Shown here: positions 48,605 to 62,500 of the stretch, piece after piece
Layout: the number at the start of each line of letters is the position of its first letter
Numbering within the stretch: the first letter of the stretch is position 1
From: Pecten maximus
Lineage: Eukaryota
Direction of reading: 5' to 3'
Length of the DNA stretch: 64,000 nucleotides
Assembly: GCF_902652985.1 (NCBI RefSeq)
Contig: NC_047028.1
Span: 12,462,001 to 12,526,000, forward strand
The notes under the pieces: model-generated
Seen by the model: only the letters and a program-made list of their open reading frames with translations
What the model was told of the DNA's origin: nothing
The model's database searches: none
Made by a program: the position numbers and the translations under genes

Positions 48605-48814
48605 GGGGCCGCGGTGGCCGAGTGGTTAAGGTGTCTTGACACTCTATCACTAGCCCTCCATCACTGGGTTGCGAGTTCGAAACCTACGTGGGGCAGTTGT
48701 CATGTATTGACCGTAGGCCGGTGGTTTTTCTCCGGGTACTCCGGCTTTCCTCCACCTCCAAAACCTGACACGTCCTTAAATGACCCTGGCTGTTAATAGG
48801 ACGTTAAACAAAAA
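48605..48814 (+). mobile_element. tRNA-derived SINE with V-domain
   Basis: A and B boxes and core near-identical to the 18.7 kb copy. Confidence 0.88.
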
Positions 48815-49574
48815 TGCATGTTCTATACATGTATGTAGTACTGTTAACTTGAAGCACGAAAACGTTATTTGTCATCTTTCGAATATTAACAAATTGTGTT
48901 GTTTAAGTCTACAAGGACTTTTTACTTTCTTTTCTTTTTACATTTCGTACACATATTTTAATGATCAGTCATGAATATTTGTTTATAGTATGATCTATTT
49001 TTGTTTTCGATCGTGAAACCGTTTTAATTGGTGAACTGAATAAAAGTTTGTTTTTCCCCGAAACGGATGTGAAGTTAAACGCTGGCCTTATGTATTTCCT
49101 TGTTAAGGAATTGAATGAGTATATGGCCGTTAAATCTCGTCATTTACACACGAAATCCCCGCAGACTTTCAGCTTGTATTTATTTTGAGGTAGACTACGC
49201 TGCCCTTTGTTCCGTTTGTATTGTTTTCCTTTTGGTACTATTAAAATCAATGTTAATTGTTAATTATCATGGTGTTATTGATAAGTTTTACAACTGAACA
49301 CCATAGCAATATAAATAAATAATGCTTAAGCTGTTTAATATAATGTGATTTACCAATGTTTCCTTCTTCAAAATAAAGTTGTGTAAAATCAATTGTTCAT
49401 GGAATGATACGTTTTGACCCGAGCCTATAATCAGAATATGGCCGCTTGTTTTAAACAAGTTCATTTGGACGGCATATCAAAATATCAATTATACTATGAA
49501 ACTGAATATCTTATGGTTTTAAGATTTGTTTTCATAGTAGATATGAAAAAATTGCAAACTGACACCTGTATACA

Positions 49575-49850
49575 TTGTAGTATATAGTAATTGTACAGAG
49601 TATAATAGGGTACTATATAATAATTAAACAGTGTTATATATAGTAATTATACAGAGTATTATAGAGTAATATATAATAATTAAACAGAGTTATATATAGT
49701 AAGTATACAGAGTATTATAGAGTAATATATAATAATTAAACAAAGTTATATATAGTAATTATACAGAGTATTATAGAGTAATATATAATAATTAAACAGA
49801 GTAATATATAATAATTATACAAAGCAATATGTAATTATTATGCAAAATAA
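49575..49850. repeat. AT-rich ~21-bp degenerate tandem repeat
   Basis: TATAGTAATTATACAGAGTAT-like units. Confidence 0.7.
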
Positions 49851-50239
49851 TGCAAAACTATACCGAACATATAATTATTCAGATTATCATATGATTATAC
49901 AAAGAGAATAACATCTTTTCTCGGGTAGTGAAAACTTAAACTAAATAAAATTTTCGTATCATTTGAACTTCAAATGAGCGATTGAAGGTACGGAATCACT
50001 AGTAATAACAGAGTAAAATATTTCGTTGTGCGAGACCTTTATATGATAGATACGGGTAACTTATTGGACGGCTACCGGTGGTGTATCTGACTTCTGCGTA
50101 CGTACTAATACATCTCCAAGACATATATTTAAGTCCGTGGATATAGAAAAAAACAAAGAAAACTGATAATATCTATATTAGAACTTTGTATTTTAAACAT
50201 CTCTCCTTAATTATTGAAATGTACGAAACAACCAAAAAG

Positions 50240-51620
50240 TTTTGGAGCATATCTTATGTCGTAACATTCTACAACATTTTGAAAACTATAACATCCTTAC
50301 ATCTCTCAACCATGAATTTTGACCAGGGACTTCATGTGAGACCCAACTCGCAGTTACCATCGATGATCTAGCCAGGAGCTACGACACCGGCTCCCAAACA
50401 GACATAGCCACATAAGGCGTTTGACACCGTGCCTCATGAACATCTACTATATAAAAAACAAGCCTATGGTATCAGAGGATCTCGATATCGGACCGAGAAA
50501 GACCACCTAGCCGCGCCCATGTCCGTCCCAGGGAGCTTTCCGGCCTTGTGTAAGTACCGGATGGATAGGACAAGACTCACCTGAGAGGGGCAAAGGTACC
50601 GGAGAACTCGACCACCGGCCCCATCACGTCGCCTGAACACAGCGTTCGTAGTGGAAGGAGACGTGAAACTCATAACCAAACCAAACGGTATCAGATGTCC
50701 TCTCCATCGATGAATCCAAGCATTCCTATGTCATCGTCTCATGAAATTGGAAGTGGACAGGCAGTGTACCAATTCCTTTTTGAGTCCCCCAAGGGACAGT
50801 GTTTGGTCCACTTCTACGCGTCAACCCAGGTTCGAATACTGGTCACGGTACCAAGTATGCAAAAGGAAGGAGTGATGATATCTTGCCCGTGCCGGGCTTC
50901 GACCTAGCGACGTTTCACTCACAAGGCAAACATCCTACCTCTAGGCTTAAGGGAAATTCCCACTAGGCTGAACTAGTAAGGTGACCTTATATTCTCTACT
51001 TTTACAGTCATATAAACGATCTGCCCCATGTATAGTGTTTCATTCAGTGTCCGTCTTTTGGCAAACGACTTTTAATATGTAGGGGTATGAGAAACCACAG
51101 TAATTAACTTGAATTTCAGAAGAACCTTAATAATTAAGAGGAATGGATGAAAAACTGGTTATACGATTTAATACATCAAAATGCTACATCATATCAGTAA
51201 AGAAAAAGTTATCCTATTTCTAAAAACTCAACAACAGTTTTGAAGGACGTAACATCTTATTCCTACTTCGGCCTATCCATCTCATCAGATCTTAAATGGA
51301 ATACACATATTATTACCATTTGTAAGAAAGCCAGTTCATTGCATTCCGGAGGAACCTGCAGCACAGTTCCGAAATCACACGTAGAACAGCATACATTACT
51401 CTTGTTCTCTCGACATTGGAGTATGGATCCATAATTTGAGATCCCTTCCTCCTATCAGATGTCAACAAAATTTAGAGTTTCATCCAAAGGAAAGCAGTCA
51501 TATCTATGACTAGGGACTATATAGATATTGTAATACTAACTGCATTACCAAAATGCTGAAAGATCTGGAACAACTAATGTACCAACTCTACAAGATCGCA
51601 GGAAAAATAATACAATTAAT
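50240..51620 (+). mobile_element. Degraded LINE reverse-transcriptase region, interrupted at ~50480-50985 by an unclassified GC-richer insert
   Basis: Fragments SCETQL (~50332), KAFDTVPH (~50414), YGIRG, INDLP (~51012) and YFGLSISSDLKWNTHI (~51264). Confidence 0.75.
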
Positions 51621-51682
51621 GAATTATTATTTTTATGTCGTAAATGTTGATGAAAAGATTAATGTCAGCATTTATATCATTA

Positions 51683-52383
51683 TGTAGCGAAAACTGCGGA
51701 ACTGTCGAATCAGAGTCCCGTAGTCCTCGGTTGGTGTCTTCGTGGTAGCGTCAGACAACCGCCACAATACCCGAGTTTAGAGAAAAAGTAGAGTGGGTCG
51801 TCGAGAAAACAATATTCAACACCGCAGTACAGTTCCAGGCTATCTGTATTCAGCAACATCAGCATACAAAGGATATTGCTACAGTTCACAGAGTAACTCG
51901 CAACACCGCTCTCGCATAAGGAATACCAGTAAAGTCCAGCAAAGCTAAACCCTAGGCATGTAAAACTCGAACTACCCCTCCGGTCTCGCTCTCATCCCTT
52001 TTATACAGGAAGCTGCAGGAGCGCTTGCAGGAGCAGAAGGAGCAGAAGGAACACTCCGCTCCTGTGAAGGAGCGGTCGGTTCCTTTTACCTAAATGTGAC
52101 AATAACAATACACATAACACTTTCAAAAACAAATAGCGATAAGTAAATGTTGACCTAGTGTAATATAGATGTGGACATGGCAGGAACCCCCAGATAGTGT
52201 ACCCATCTGCAGTAAATAACGGGATTGAAAGGCGATTAATACCTCTCTAACAGGGGTCAATAAAACTGAGGAGAGCTATGCGGACGATTAGTGCCAAGGG
52301 CGTGAAGAATTACTTACTTCGCGGATTAATGGCCCAGCGTGTCCCTCATCTAATTACCATAGGCCAACAGACAGATGCGCTAT
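51683..52383 (-). mobile_element. Possible solo LTR
   Basis: Begins TGTAGCG and ends CGCTA(T), with a minus-strand TATAAAAGGGA at ~52000. No clear TSD; the right end abuts the Harbinger element. Confidence 0.3.
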
Positions 52384-52386
52384 TAA

Positions 52387-53493
52387 AAGCCCCTCTCACA
52401 CCAAGCCGCGTTTCCACTGCGTTTGTGCGGAGTTGTTTAATTTTCCGGAGCGCCGTGAGATAGCAAGAAAACCCTAATATTTTTCGTGAAAAAGGGCCTG
52501 TCACGGCGTCCTTACAGCGACCAATGCGTTGCTTAGGAGTTCGTACGGCGTTCTATAGCGTCTCTACGGAGTTCTTGTTGGCGTTTCTCCGCGCTCTCAC
52601 TGCGCTTTCACGGCGTTCGCACTGCGCTGACGGCGTGTTGAAGACGTTCGTTTGCACAACAAAACGAATTCTGTGTCCGTTGTATATTTGTTCTCGAAAT
52701 AGAAACTAGCCCGCAAAAAGAGGAAGGAAGAAGGCAGGGAAAGAAAACATGCCAAAAAGAAGCAAAAGCCATTTGTTAGCAAAGAAGATATTGTACTCAT
52801 TTTTATAGAGTTCATTTGTTGATAACTTTATATATCATGTAACGGTAGCTTTCAATTCGTTGTTATCCTGGCAGGGAACCGAACCATCTTCGGAGTTGAA
52901 GTACAACTTTAGGTACTCGCGTACGTTGCCTTTTTTGCCGCAGTGCTGTCTCGATTGTTGCCTTGAATACTGTCCACATCATACATGTTCGCCTTGGTCG
53001 GTCATGCACCGGGGATGACTTGGTAGTTGCCATTTTCGTAGTCCATGTCATTATTCTCAAGGGCAGGATAACGCATCCGCATCAAATTGTATAGAATGAC
53101 ACATGCCTGCACGATGATAGCGATGGTTTGTGGCTCGTGTTACACTCGTCTTTGAACTCATCAATAATGGCCTGGCATACTTCAGGTACATACAAAGACA
53201 TCGTATTGTGAGGCACTCTAAAATCGAATTTCTTACTGGCATACCTGTCCCCAGAAGCAAGGCGACCTCACTGCGCTCTTATTAGAACACCGAGCGACGG
53301 CGTTTGTTTTGAGCATGTTCAAAGGTCGCGCCATCGCTCGGCGTTCTATGCGATCCCACAGCGTCTACTGGCGATGTCACTGCGTTGCTGCGGCGAGGAT
53401 TGCGATCGTACTACGCGCACCTCGGCGTTCTGCATTTTTCTTGGACGCCGTGGGATCGCCGTAACTTACGCTGCTCTGGTGTGACAGGGGTTT
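52387..53493 (-). mobile_element. Internally deleted PIF/Harbinger DNA transposon
   Basis: TIRs AGCCCCTCTCACACC / GGTGTGACAGGGGTT in TAA context. Minus-strand remnants RLASGDRYASKKFDFRVPHNTMSLYVPEVCQAIIDEFKDE, IIVQACVILYNLMRMRYP and YLKLYFNSEDGSVPCQD are typical of Harbinger/HARBI1 transposases. The DDE core is deleted. Confidence 0.85.
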
Positions 53494-53743
53494 AAGAAAC
53501 ATACAATAATAACTGTATTGAATGATAGAAAAATACTACAAGAATGTAGAAAAATTATACAATTATCTAATTTATTGAAATTGTTACTTAAAATGTCTTT
53601 TTTTTTTATCTTTTTTTTTTTGGCAAGGACACGACTTCAATTTGAGATTATACAGTTCTACTGATCCCCGCGCTTTTTGGCACACAGATTTTTTTCTTTC
53701 GATTACTAATTTCATTACACGTTTTACAGACAGGGACTTTTAT

Positions 53744-53968
53744 AATTTGTTACAGTCTACATGTATTTGGACCTTCCCTAGTGTGTATAGCACATTTTGA
53801 GACGTTTTGGGGGGGCTATATTAAAATTCGGTAAAAATGACACCCCGATGCATACAATGAACGCCGGAGGTGCCATTTTTACCGAATTTTAATCTAGCCC
53901 CCCAAAACGTCTCAAAATGTGCTATACACATTAGGGAAGGTCCAAATACATATAGACTGTAACAAATT
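53744..53968. mobile_element. Foldback palindrome / MITE
   Basis: ~100-bp inverted arms (AATTTGTTACAGTCTA...AAAATTCGGTAAAAATG vs CATTTTTACCGAATTTT...TAGACTGTAACAAATT). Confidence 0.8.
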
Positions 53969-54569
53969 TATCACCATTTATTCACGTTACAATACTGCCT
54001 ATTTTCACTATCGGGCCTTCGGACTATTGGACCTAAGGACCAATTAATTGACATTCGGACTATTGGACCTTAGGACCAATTGACATTCGGACTTTTGGAC
54101 CTATCATAAGGACTAATGGACCTTCGGACTATAGGACATTCGTTTTTTGCGGTCCAAACGGTTGGACCAGTTGGGCCGATGTTGTTCGTTTATGAAATAA
54201 AGACAGACCTGGAGATTTTATATTGTTCTAAGCCTGCAATAACATTTGTAGGTCCGTCAAAATATATGTTTGAAATTTATTACATTTAAGAACTGACGAA
54301 CCGGTTTTTCCGCATAAACGAACAGGCACCTGTTTATGTTGCTGGATTGTATTTAATCTAAACGTTTGTTATGACGTCACGCATAACTTATGTTTTATTT
54401 AATTTGATAGAATATATTTGGTCGAAAACAACAATTATACCATTGTGATCCGTATGTTTCAAAATTCCGCAATTTCAATTAAATCCATCTTTGTCATACC
54501 AGTGCTCCCTTTACAAAACCCAGCAATCAAAGAGTTTGGCTGATCCCGGTTTAATGTAAAACTGGCAAC

Positions 54570-57500
54570 ATGGCGGCTGCCTATGCTCCTCCAATAGTTG
54601 TTCCTATGCATTATGTTCCGTCATTCAAAGGTGAGGACTAAATACGCTAATTATATACATCTCATATATAACGAGCACTTTATCTGGATTACCTTGCACA
54701 CAAATGTTTGGGAGGAATATGTCGCTACCGTTTGTCCAGCAGTTACTGTCCGACTGTAATCGATAAAGCGGTTCGGCCCTACTCCTATAACATAAGAGGC
54801 CACTGGTCGGCTCTTTTTCTATCGGATAGTAGGTTCGGCCCTAGCCCGAGTTACTTCTGGTTCTACACCAGACGTGGTGTCAGGGCCAGAGGAACCTCGG
54901 GCTATAGAGCGGTGTACCTAATGAGTGACCAGGGAGTGTCCAGGGACATTTTGCACGCCCTGCAGGAATCCGATAAAGTTACTGTACGGTTCCAGATTTG
55001 TGGATTGGATTGACTGTGTGATATCTTAAGACCACTACGAGGATTGTTATTTTATAAACATTTAAAATTAAGCATCTGAACTCGCCATATTTAATGAAAG
55101 TACCTATGACTTTCAACACACTGGTTCTCAATATTTTCAATTATAACTTGAACAGAGGAATTGGTAGAATTGTGGAATGAGAATTAAAAATTAAAAAAGT
55201 GTGTTCGACTTCATGCACTACTAGCAGCACTAGTCCCGTTCGAAGACTGGTCAGGTTTACCGTTACCTACAGGTAGAATTGACGGCATGGTCAAAACCTC
55301 AAACAGTGTCAAAGGCCAATGTCAGGCAAAGAGGCATATCAAAATAATTAACTATACTGTAATTGACACACATATTTTCATACAGACATGACTCTACCAC
55401 TATTGATTTTAAATTCCCCTGTCAAGTATACGATATGTACTTATATGTTTAACAACGAAATTGTACATGTATACGTAAATATTATGTACTTTTATACTAG
55501 CTCATGTCTAAGTAAGTAAAACATGCATTTCTCGAGTAGGTCTAACTTATATAATGCTTGCAATGTGTGATCTGAAAATCCAGATTATGGAAATATGTAG
55601 TCTTATATTATAACAGATGTGAGAAACGTATACATACCGACTAATTGCTAATTGTCTCTTGTTATCGACCTGATGTACTCTCAATATTGTCCAGTAATTT
55701 TTCCATCATCTATTCATTATTTTGCATAAAAATATTATTCCAACAACCAAGGTGTTCAGTGCAACATATACTTCAATGCCAAATATTAAAATACAGTAAT
55801 ATCGCACTGCATTACATGGTTATATTTGATCTCATGCTTTGTCTGTGTTATTTGTTATATACAATATGGCAGATATTACACACTTGTGATGTCACAGCTT
55901 GATAGGTCAGCTATATACGACGAGCGACATTCACATACATGTACACATGTGCATTTCATGAATTTGTGCATATCACAAAAACGATACAATATTTTCACGT
56001 AATTCCTTCACAATACTTTATGTTACAACTTTAACAACTATAGCTATAGTAACCATAACAAAAATCAGTCACGACACACTTTAAGTATATCAGAACAACA
56101 AAGTAAAATGAGCCATAATCAGTGACCATACCAACTTGTCACAATTTTTTTATGTTTAGATTTTGTTTACTACTAATCTTAAGAAATATGAGTCCCAGTC
56201 CTGTTTTTTTTTTGTCAACAGTTGATGTCAGATTACATGAACCACTTGCAGGAGGGGAGGCAACTCCAAGGGACATAGAAATAGAGATGATGTCGCTTTG
56301 TTCTCAGTTGGATGTGCTGTGCAAGAAGGAACTACGAGATGTGAGGAAATTTTCCCTGTTACAATTAACAATGTCTTTAAGGCATCCAGTTATTGATGTT
56401 TAGCAATTTCAGAAGTTAAATTAATATTTTTCAGAAATCTGAATGTCAAAATGTGAAAACTTATATAGGATATATTGGATTAAGGCATTTGCATTACAGT
56501 TAATTCTAAAAAATGGGAAGAAAAAAGGATATTCACAGCTCGCACTTCAAAACATTGACAGTTTTCTGACAGGCAAGTCGTTTTTGGCGAAAACCAAACC
56601 TTTCAATCTGAAGAGTAGTCTCTTTTTTTGGAGATAAAACATATTCTCAAGGGTTCACTGGATGCCCTGGTCTTGTTTATCCTATATACTGGCACTCCAT
56701 ATAAAAACTATAATTCTGGATACATATAAAGATACAAAATAGTAGTGAAGAGGGATGAAGGGAGTATCACATGGAAAACAGACTAAGAATAGAAGAATGC
56801 ATAATCTGTGTATATGAATAGCTTTGAGATGGCTATGTTGCTGTGATATAATATAATAGCGATATATAAAACTCCCACATATCATTGATCATTTTTATCT
56901 TATCATTTTATGTGAGGAATTTATAGCAATATACATTTTTTTTATTATGTATCTGATTTTAGCAACAAAGAAAGAAAACAACGGAGCATGGAAAAGTGAG
57001 TGGGGCATTCCTGGACAAAGGTAGGATACAATTCTAATGGTGTACCATTGTGTAGGCTTCATAATTCTGAAAGTTGGCAGACACAGAATCTCTTTTGTGT
57101 TAGTATTTGTACACATGTTGGTCATACATATCCTGTACTGCAGGTAGGGTGTAAGAATTGTACCTGCTGCGCCAATTGCTACTCCTATAACATAAGAGGC
57201 CGCTGGTCGGCTCTTTTTCTATCGGATATTATTTTGCCGACTGCGTTACACGGCGCCTGTCAAAAGTATCTCGCCGTGTTAAACCTCTAACATTGTTGGA
57301 GTACCCCAAATGCATGATTGTAACAGGCGACTAATTTGGGATTTTTTTTCTCTCTAAGCAACTTTCTTCATCCTAATGTCTCCCTTGACTTTGCCTCAAA
57401 TTTAGCAATTATTTGAGCATTCACCCATTTGAGGAAGGCTCAAAGTCTATAAAAATGTAGCAGCAACTCCTGCTTAATGCTCAGCATTTTAGGAGTCTTG

Positions 57501-59340
57501 ACAACTGGCCTGGCTGTTGTCAGTATAATGTGACTGGGTGAGGTGCCCTGCAGGATGTCTTCAGCAGTATGCTTCAGTGAGGTAGCACTACACTATCATA
57601 AGAAGACAAATACAGATATACCACAGCCTCCCAAAACGTACATACAGTACAACCCAAGTTATACATGGTGTCAAGACCAGAGGACACTGGCTGATACACT
57701 ATATGCATGTAATTGACATACAGCCAGTCAGGGGAGGATGTCCTTAAAATTACCATAGCTGTTGATAGGATGTAATAGTTAAACAAAAACCAAACAAACC
57801 ATTCATGTCAAAGCAGTGAATTGCTTATATTTACCATTTTCTGCCATGTTCTTTCATTATTGACATTTGTAATGATAGAAAAACAATTTTTAATATTTAC
57901 ATGATATTGTTTAATGTAATTTTTTAATCAATATTAACAATATACAAATTAAATGTCCATGCTAATAATGCAAAGTTGTTCTGATGATATCATCGATCAA
58001 TAAACAGGCCATTGCATTCATAGCTGTATTAAACGTAATGGTATTTTGTTCTGTGGCATCTTGTTCATGTTAACATTTTTGTTTCCAAAAAATCAAGAAA
58101 AAATAAAATATCTTTCAATAATGTTCAATAAAATGCCAAAATATGATTTCTAGTGACTACATGCATGCATCTTAATTAGCTTAGGTATATACATGTGTGC
58201 AAGCATTGTTTAGAAACTAGAAATTCCTGTACAGTTATTCAGGATACTCTGCTTAATTTGAAGAGAATGACTCACATTGGGTGAACCAAATCTGATTCAT
58301 CAAATATTTTTCAGCAACGGTTGTCCATGATCGGATGAAGCAACTGCTCCTAAAACAGAAACAGGACATGAGCCTTGGGGTATGTGTTTTTTGGAAAATT
58401 TTGTTTTGTTTACATAATTTACATCTGTAATGTAAAAACTGAAAACATTTTATTCCTTGAAAAGTTTTTAAATTATTGACAAGATCATTGTGACATCACT
58501 GTGCTTACAATGATAACGATTATATTGTACTACAAATTGGACAACATTAATAGATAAATAAATAAATGAAAATAAATAAAATAAATAAATAAATAAATAA
58601 AAAGTGAATACAATAATTGTAAATGAATAAAAATAACTTTAGTAGACAGTATATTTCTATTCACAGAACAACTTTAGAGAATCAAATATTATAAAATGAA
58701 AACTTCCATTTATGGAATTCTGAATCATTCATATCAAATTGCTTGCTGTACAGCAATACATTGTATGGCGAGGATTGGATAGGGTATTCCCGAGGGCTGC
58801 AACCTTCCTTTCTAAACCTGATGGACTTAATCTACTAGATAAGAAAACAGGCTTGGATGGTTAGTACAATTTAGTCATTTACTAAAATAAACTTCATCTT
58901 AATATGAACATTCCTTTGATTAGTAAAAAAGTATTTATCAAACACTCATTGTTGAACATGGTCATAGTAAATAAAAAATATTAAGTATCTAATATTCTCA
59001 ATTAAGTATTACATGTATGATAATTAAATTATGTACAAATCTTCAAATAAAGATTAGAAATCTACTTTTGTTTTCCAATAGACGTTATAGTAATTTATGT
59101 TGATGGACATTACCAGTGTAAAAAGATATTTCTGATCATTGATCATCGCCATGGTAACATGAAAATCGACATCATTATTACTTTTAGTTAGTTCAGTGTT
59201 AACTTTTGTATGTGATTCCAGGTTACTACCAGGAGTTAGCCTGTATCAACCAGCTCCTCTCACTCTCCATGCAGATTAACTCAGACTTACACAACCTTTC
59301 TGATCATAAGTACATCGCCCATCAGCTGGCCATTCTGTAT
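54570..59340 (+). CDS. Uncharacterised multi-exon gene, 5' part (6 exons; continues beyond the window)
   Basis: Exons 54570-54630, 56222-56340, 56963-57020, 58315-58379, 58754-58859 and 59222-59340, all with GT-AG introns and compatible phases (1,0,1,0,1,0). The joined open frame reads MAAAYAPPIVVPMHYVPSFKVDVRLHEPL...GLDRVFPRAA...YYQELACINQLLSLS...HKYIAHQLAILY. Start context is AACATGGCGGC. Confidence 0.8.
57295..57800 (+). mobile_element. Degraded SINE with Meta-like central domain
   Basis: AAAAATGTAGCAGCAACTCCTGCTTAATGCTCAGCATTTTAGGAG...GTCAGTATAATGTGACTGGG. The 3' tail GTCCTTAAA..ACC..AGCTGTT.ATAGGA..AAACAAAAACCAAAC resembles that of the V-type SINEs in this window. Confidence 0.6.
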
Positions 59341-59557
59341 GTAAGTATTTCATCAGTTGATAAATACAGGGGTTTTTCAGATATGGTTATTTACCGCCTG
59401 GAACATCAGGTTTCTCCTGTGTCCTATTTTATATTCTCCATCCATGCATCTCAAATGATTATTCATCACCAGTCAGAAAGTCAAGTGTGTTTATATACAT
59501 CTGTGATTCATTTTATACCTTAAATCTGTAGAAAATCACTTGTATCTGTGTTTTTAT

Positions 59558-62500
59558 ATCATTCTCCATCCACCTCATCCCTCCCTGTCTGTGGTATCAT
59601 TCTCCCTGCACCTCATCCCTCCCTGTCTGTGGTATCATTGTCCCTCCACCTCATCCCTCCCTGTCTGTGGTATCATTCTCCACCTCATCCCTCCCTGTCT
59701 GTGGTATCATTCTCCACCTCATTCCTCCCTGTCTGTGATACCGTTCTCCCTCCACCTCATCCTTCCCTGTCTGTGGTATCATTCTCCCTCCACCTCATCC
59801 CTCCCTGTCTGTGGTATCATTCTCTCTCCACCTCATCCCTCCCTGTCTGTGGTATCATTCTCCCTCCACCTCATCCCTCCCTGTCTGTGTTATCATTCTC
59901 CCTCCACCTCATCCCTCCCTATCTGTGATATCATTCTCCCTCCACCTCATCCCTCCCTGTCTGTGATATCATTCTCCACCTCATCCCTCCCTGTCTGTGA
60001 TATCATTCTCCCTCCACCTCATCCCTCCCTGTCTGTGTTATCATTCTCCCTCCACCTCATCCCTCCCTGTCTGTGGTATCATTCTCCCTCCACCTCATCC
60101 TTCCCTGTCTGTGGTATAATTCTCTCTCCACCTCATCCCTCCCTGTCTGTGGTATCATTCTCCCTCCACCTCATCCCTTCCTGTCTGTGTTATCATTCTC
60201 CCTCCACCTCATCCCTCCCTATCTGTGATATCATTCTCCCTCTCCTTCCTCCCTCCCTGTCTGTGGATATTCCATTCTCCACCACTCATCACCTCCCCTG
60301 TCTGTGTATCATTCTCCTCCACCTCCATCCCTCCCTGTCTGTGGTATCATTGTCCATCCATCCTCATCCCCTCCTGTCTTGTTAGCATTCTCCCTCCACC
60401 TCATCCACTACCTGTCCTGTGATATCATCTCTCCCTCCCCCTCATCCCTCCCTCGTCTCGGTGGTATCCATTTCTCCCTCCACCCTCAGCCCTCCCTCCT
60501 CCATGTCTGTGATATCATTCTCCCCTGTGGGGATCTTCTCCACCTACCCCCTCCTTCTGTTTTATATCTCCCCCCACCTATCCTCCTTCTGGAACATTTC
60601 CCTCCCCCTACCTCCCGTCTGTGGTATCATTCCCCCTCCCCCTACCTCCTGTTGTGGATCATTCCCACCTATCCCTCCCTGTCTGTGGATCATTTCCATT
60701 TTCCCCTCCCTTTTCTGTGTTCTTCTCCCTCCACCTCATCCCTCCCTGTCTGTGGTATCATTCTCTCTCCACCTCATCCCTCCCTGTCTGTGGTATCATT
60801 CTCCCTCCACCTCATCCCTCCCTGTCTGTGGTATCATTCTCCACCTCATCCCTCCCTGTCTGTGGTATCATTCTCCACCTCATTCCTCCCTGTCTGTGAT
60901 ACCATTTTCCCTCCACCTCATCCTTCCCTGTCTGTGGTATCATTCTCCCTCCACCTCATCCCCCCTGTCTGTGGTGTCATTCTCTCTCCACCTCATCCCT
61001 CCCTGTCTGTGTTATCATTCTCCCTCCACCTCATCCCTCCCTGTCTGTGATATCATTCTCCCTCCACCTCATCCCTCCCTGTCTGTGATATCATTCTCCC
61101 TCCACCTCATCCCTCCCTGTCTGTGTTATCATTCTCCACCTCATCCCTCCCTGTCTGTGTTATCATTCTCCACCTCATCCCTCCCTGTCTGTGTTATCAT
61201 TCTCCACCTCATCCCTCCCTGTCTGTGATATCATTCTCCACCTCATCCCTCCCTGTCTGTGATATCATTCTCCACCTCATCCCTCCCTGTCTGTGATATC
61301 ATTCTCCCTCCACCTCATCCCTCCCTGTCTGTGATATCATTCTCCCTCCACCTCATCCCTCCCTGTCTGTGGTATCATTCTCCCTCCACCCCCATCCCTC
61401 CCTGTCTGTGGTATCATTCTCTCTCCACCCCATCCCTCCCTGTCTGTGGGTATCATTCTCCCTCAACCTCATCCCTCCCTGTCTGTGATATCATTCTCCC
61501 TCCACCTCATCCCTCCCTGTCTGTGATATCATTCTCCCTCCACCTCATCCCTCCCTGTCTGTGGTATCATTCTCCCTCCACCTCATCCCTCCCTGTCTGT
61601 GGTATCATTCTCCCTCCACCTCATCCCTCCCTGTCTGTGCATTCTCCCTCCACCTCATCCCTCCCTGTCTGTGATATGATTCTCCCTCCCCCTCATCCCT
61701 CCCTGTCTGTGATATGATTCTCCATCCACCTCATCCCTCCCTGTCTGTGGGTATCATTCTCCACCTCATCCCTCCCTGTCTGTGTTATCATTCTCCCCTC
61801 CACCTCATCCCCTCCCTGTCTGTGATATCATTCTCCCTCCACCTCATCCCTCCCTGTCTGTGGTATCATTCTCCCTCCACCTCATCCCTCCCTGTCTGTG
61901 GTATCATTCTCCACCTCATCCCTCCCTGTCTGTGGTATCATTCTCTCTCCACCCCATCCCTCCCTGTCTGTGGTATCATTGTCCCTCCACCTCATCCCTC
62001 CCTGTCTGTGGTATCATTCTCCACCTCATCCCTCCCTGTCTGTGGTATCATTCTCCACCTCATCCCTCCCTGTCTGTGATATGATTCTCCCTCCACCTCA
62101 TCCCTCCCTATCTGTGGTATCATTCTCCCTCCACCTAATTCCTCCCTGTCTGTGATATCATTCTCCCTCCACCTCATCCCTCCCTGTCTGTGGTATCATT
62201 CTCCCTCCACCTCATCCCTCCCTGTCTGTGGTATCATTCTCCACCTCATCCCTCCCTGTCTGTGGTATCATTCTCCATATCATCCCTCCCTGTCTGTGAT
62301 ATCATTCTCCCTCCACCTCATCCCTCCCTGTCTGTGGTATCATTCTCTCTCCACCTCATCCCTCCCTGTCTGTGGTATCATTGTCCCTCCACCTCATCCC
62401 TCCCTGTCTGTGGTATCATTCTCCACCTCATCCCTCCCTGTCTGTGGTATCATTCTCCACCTCATTCCTCCCTGTCTGTGATACCATTTTCCCTCCACCT

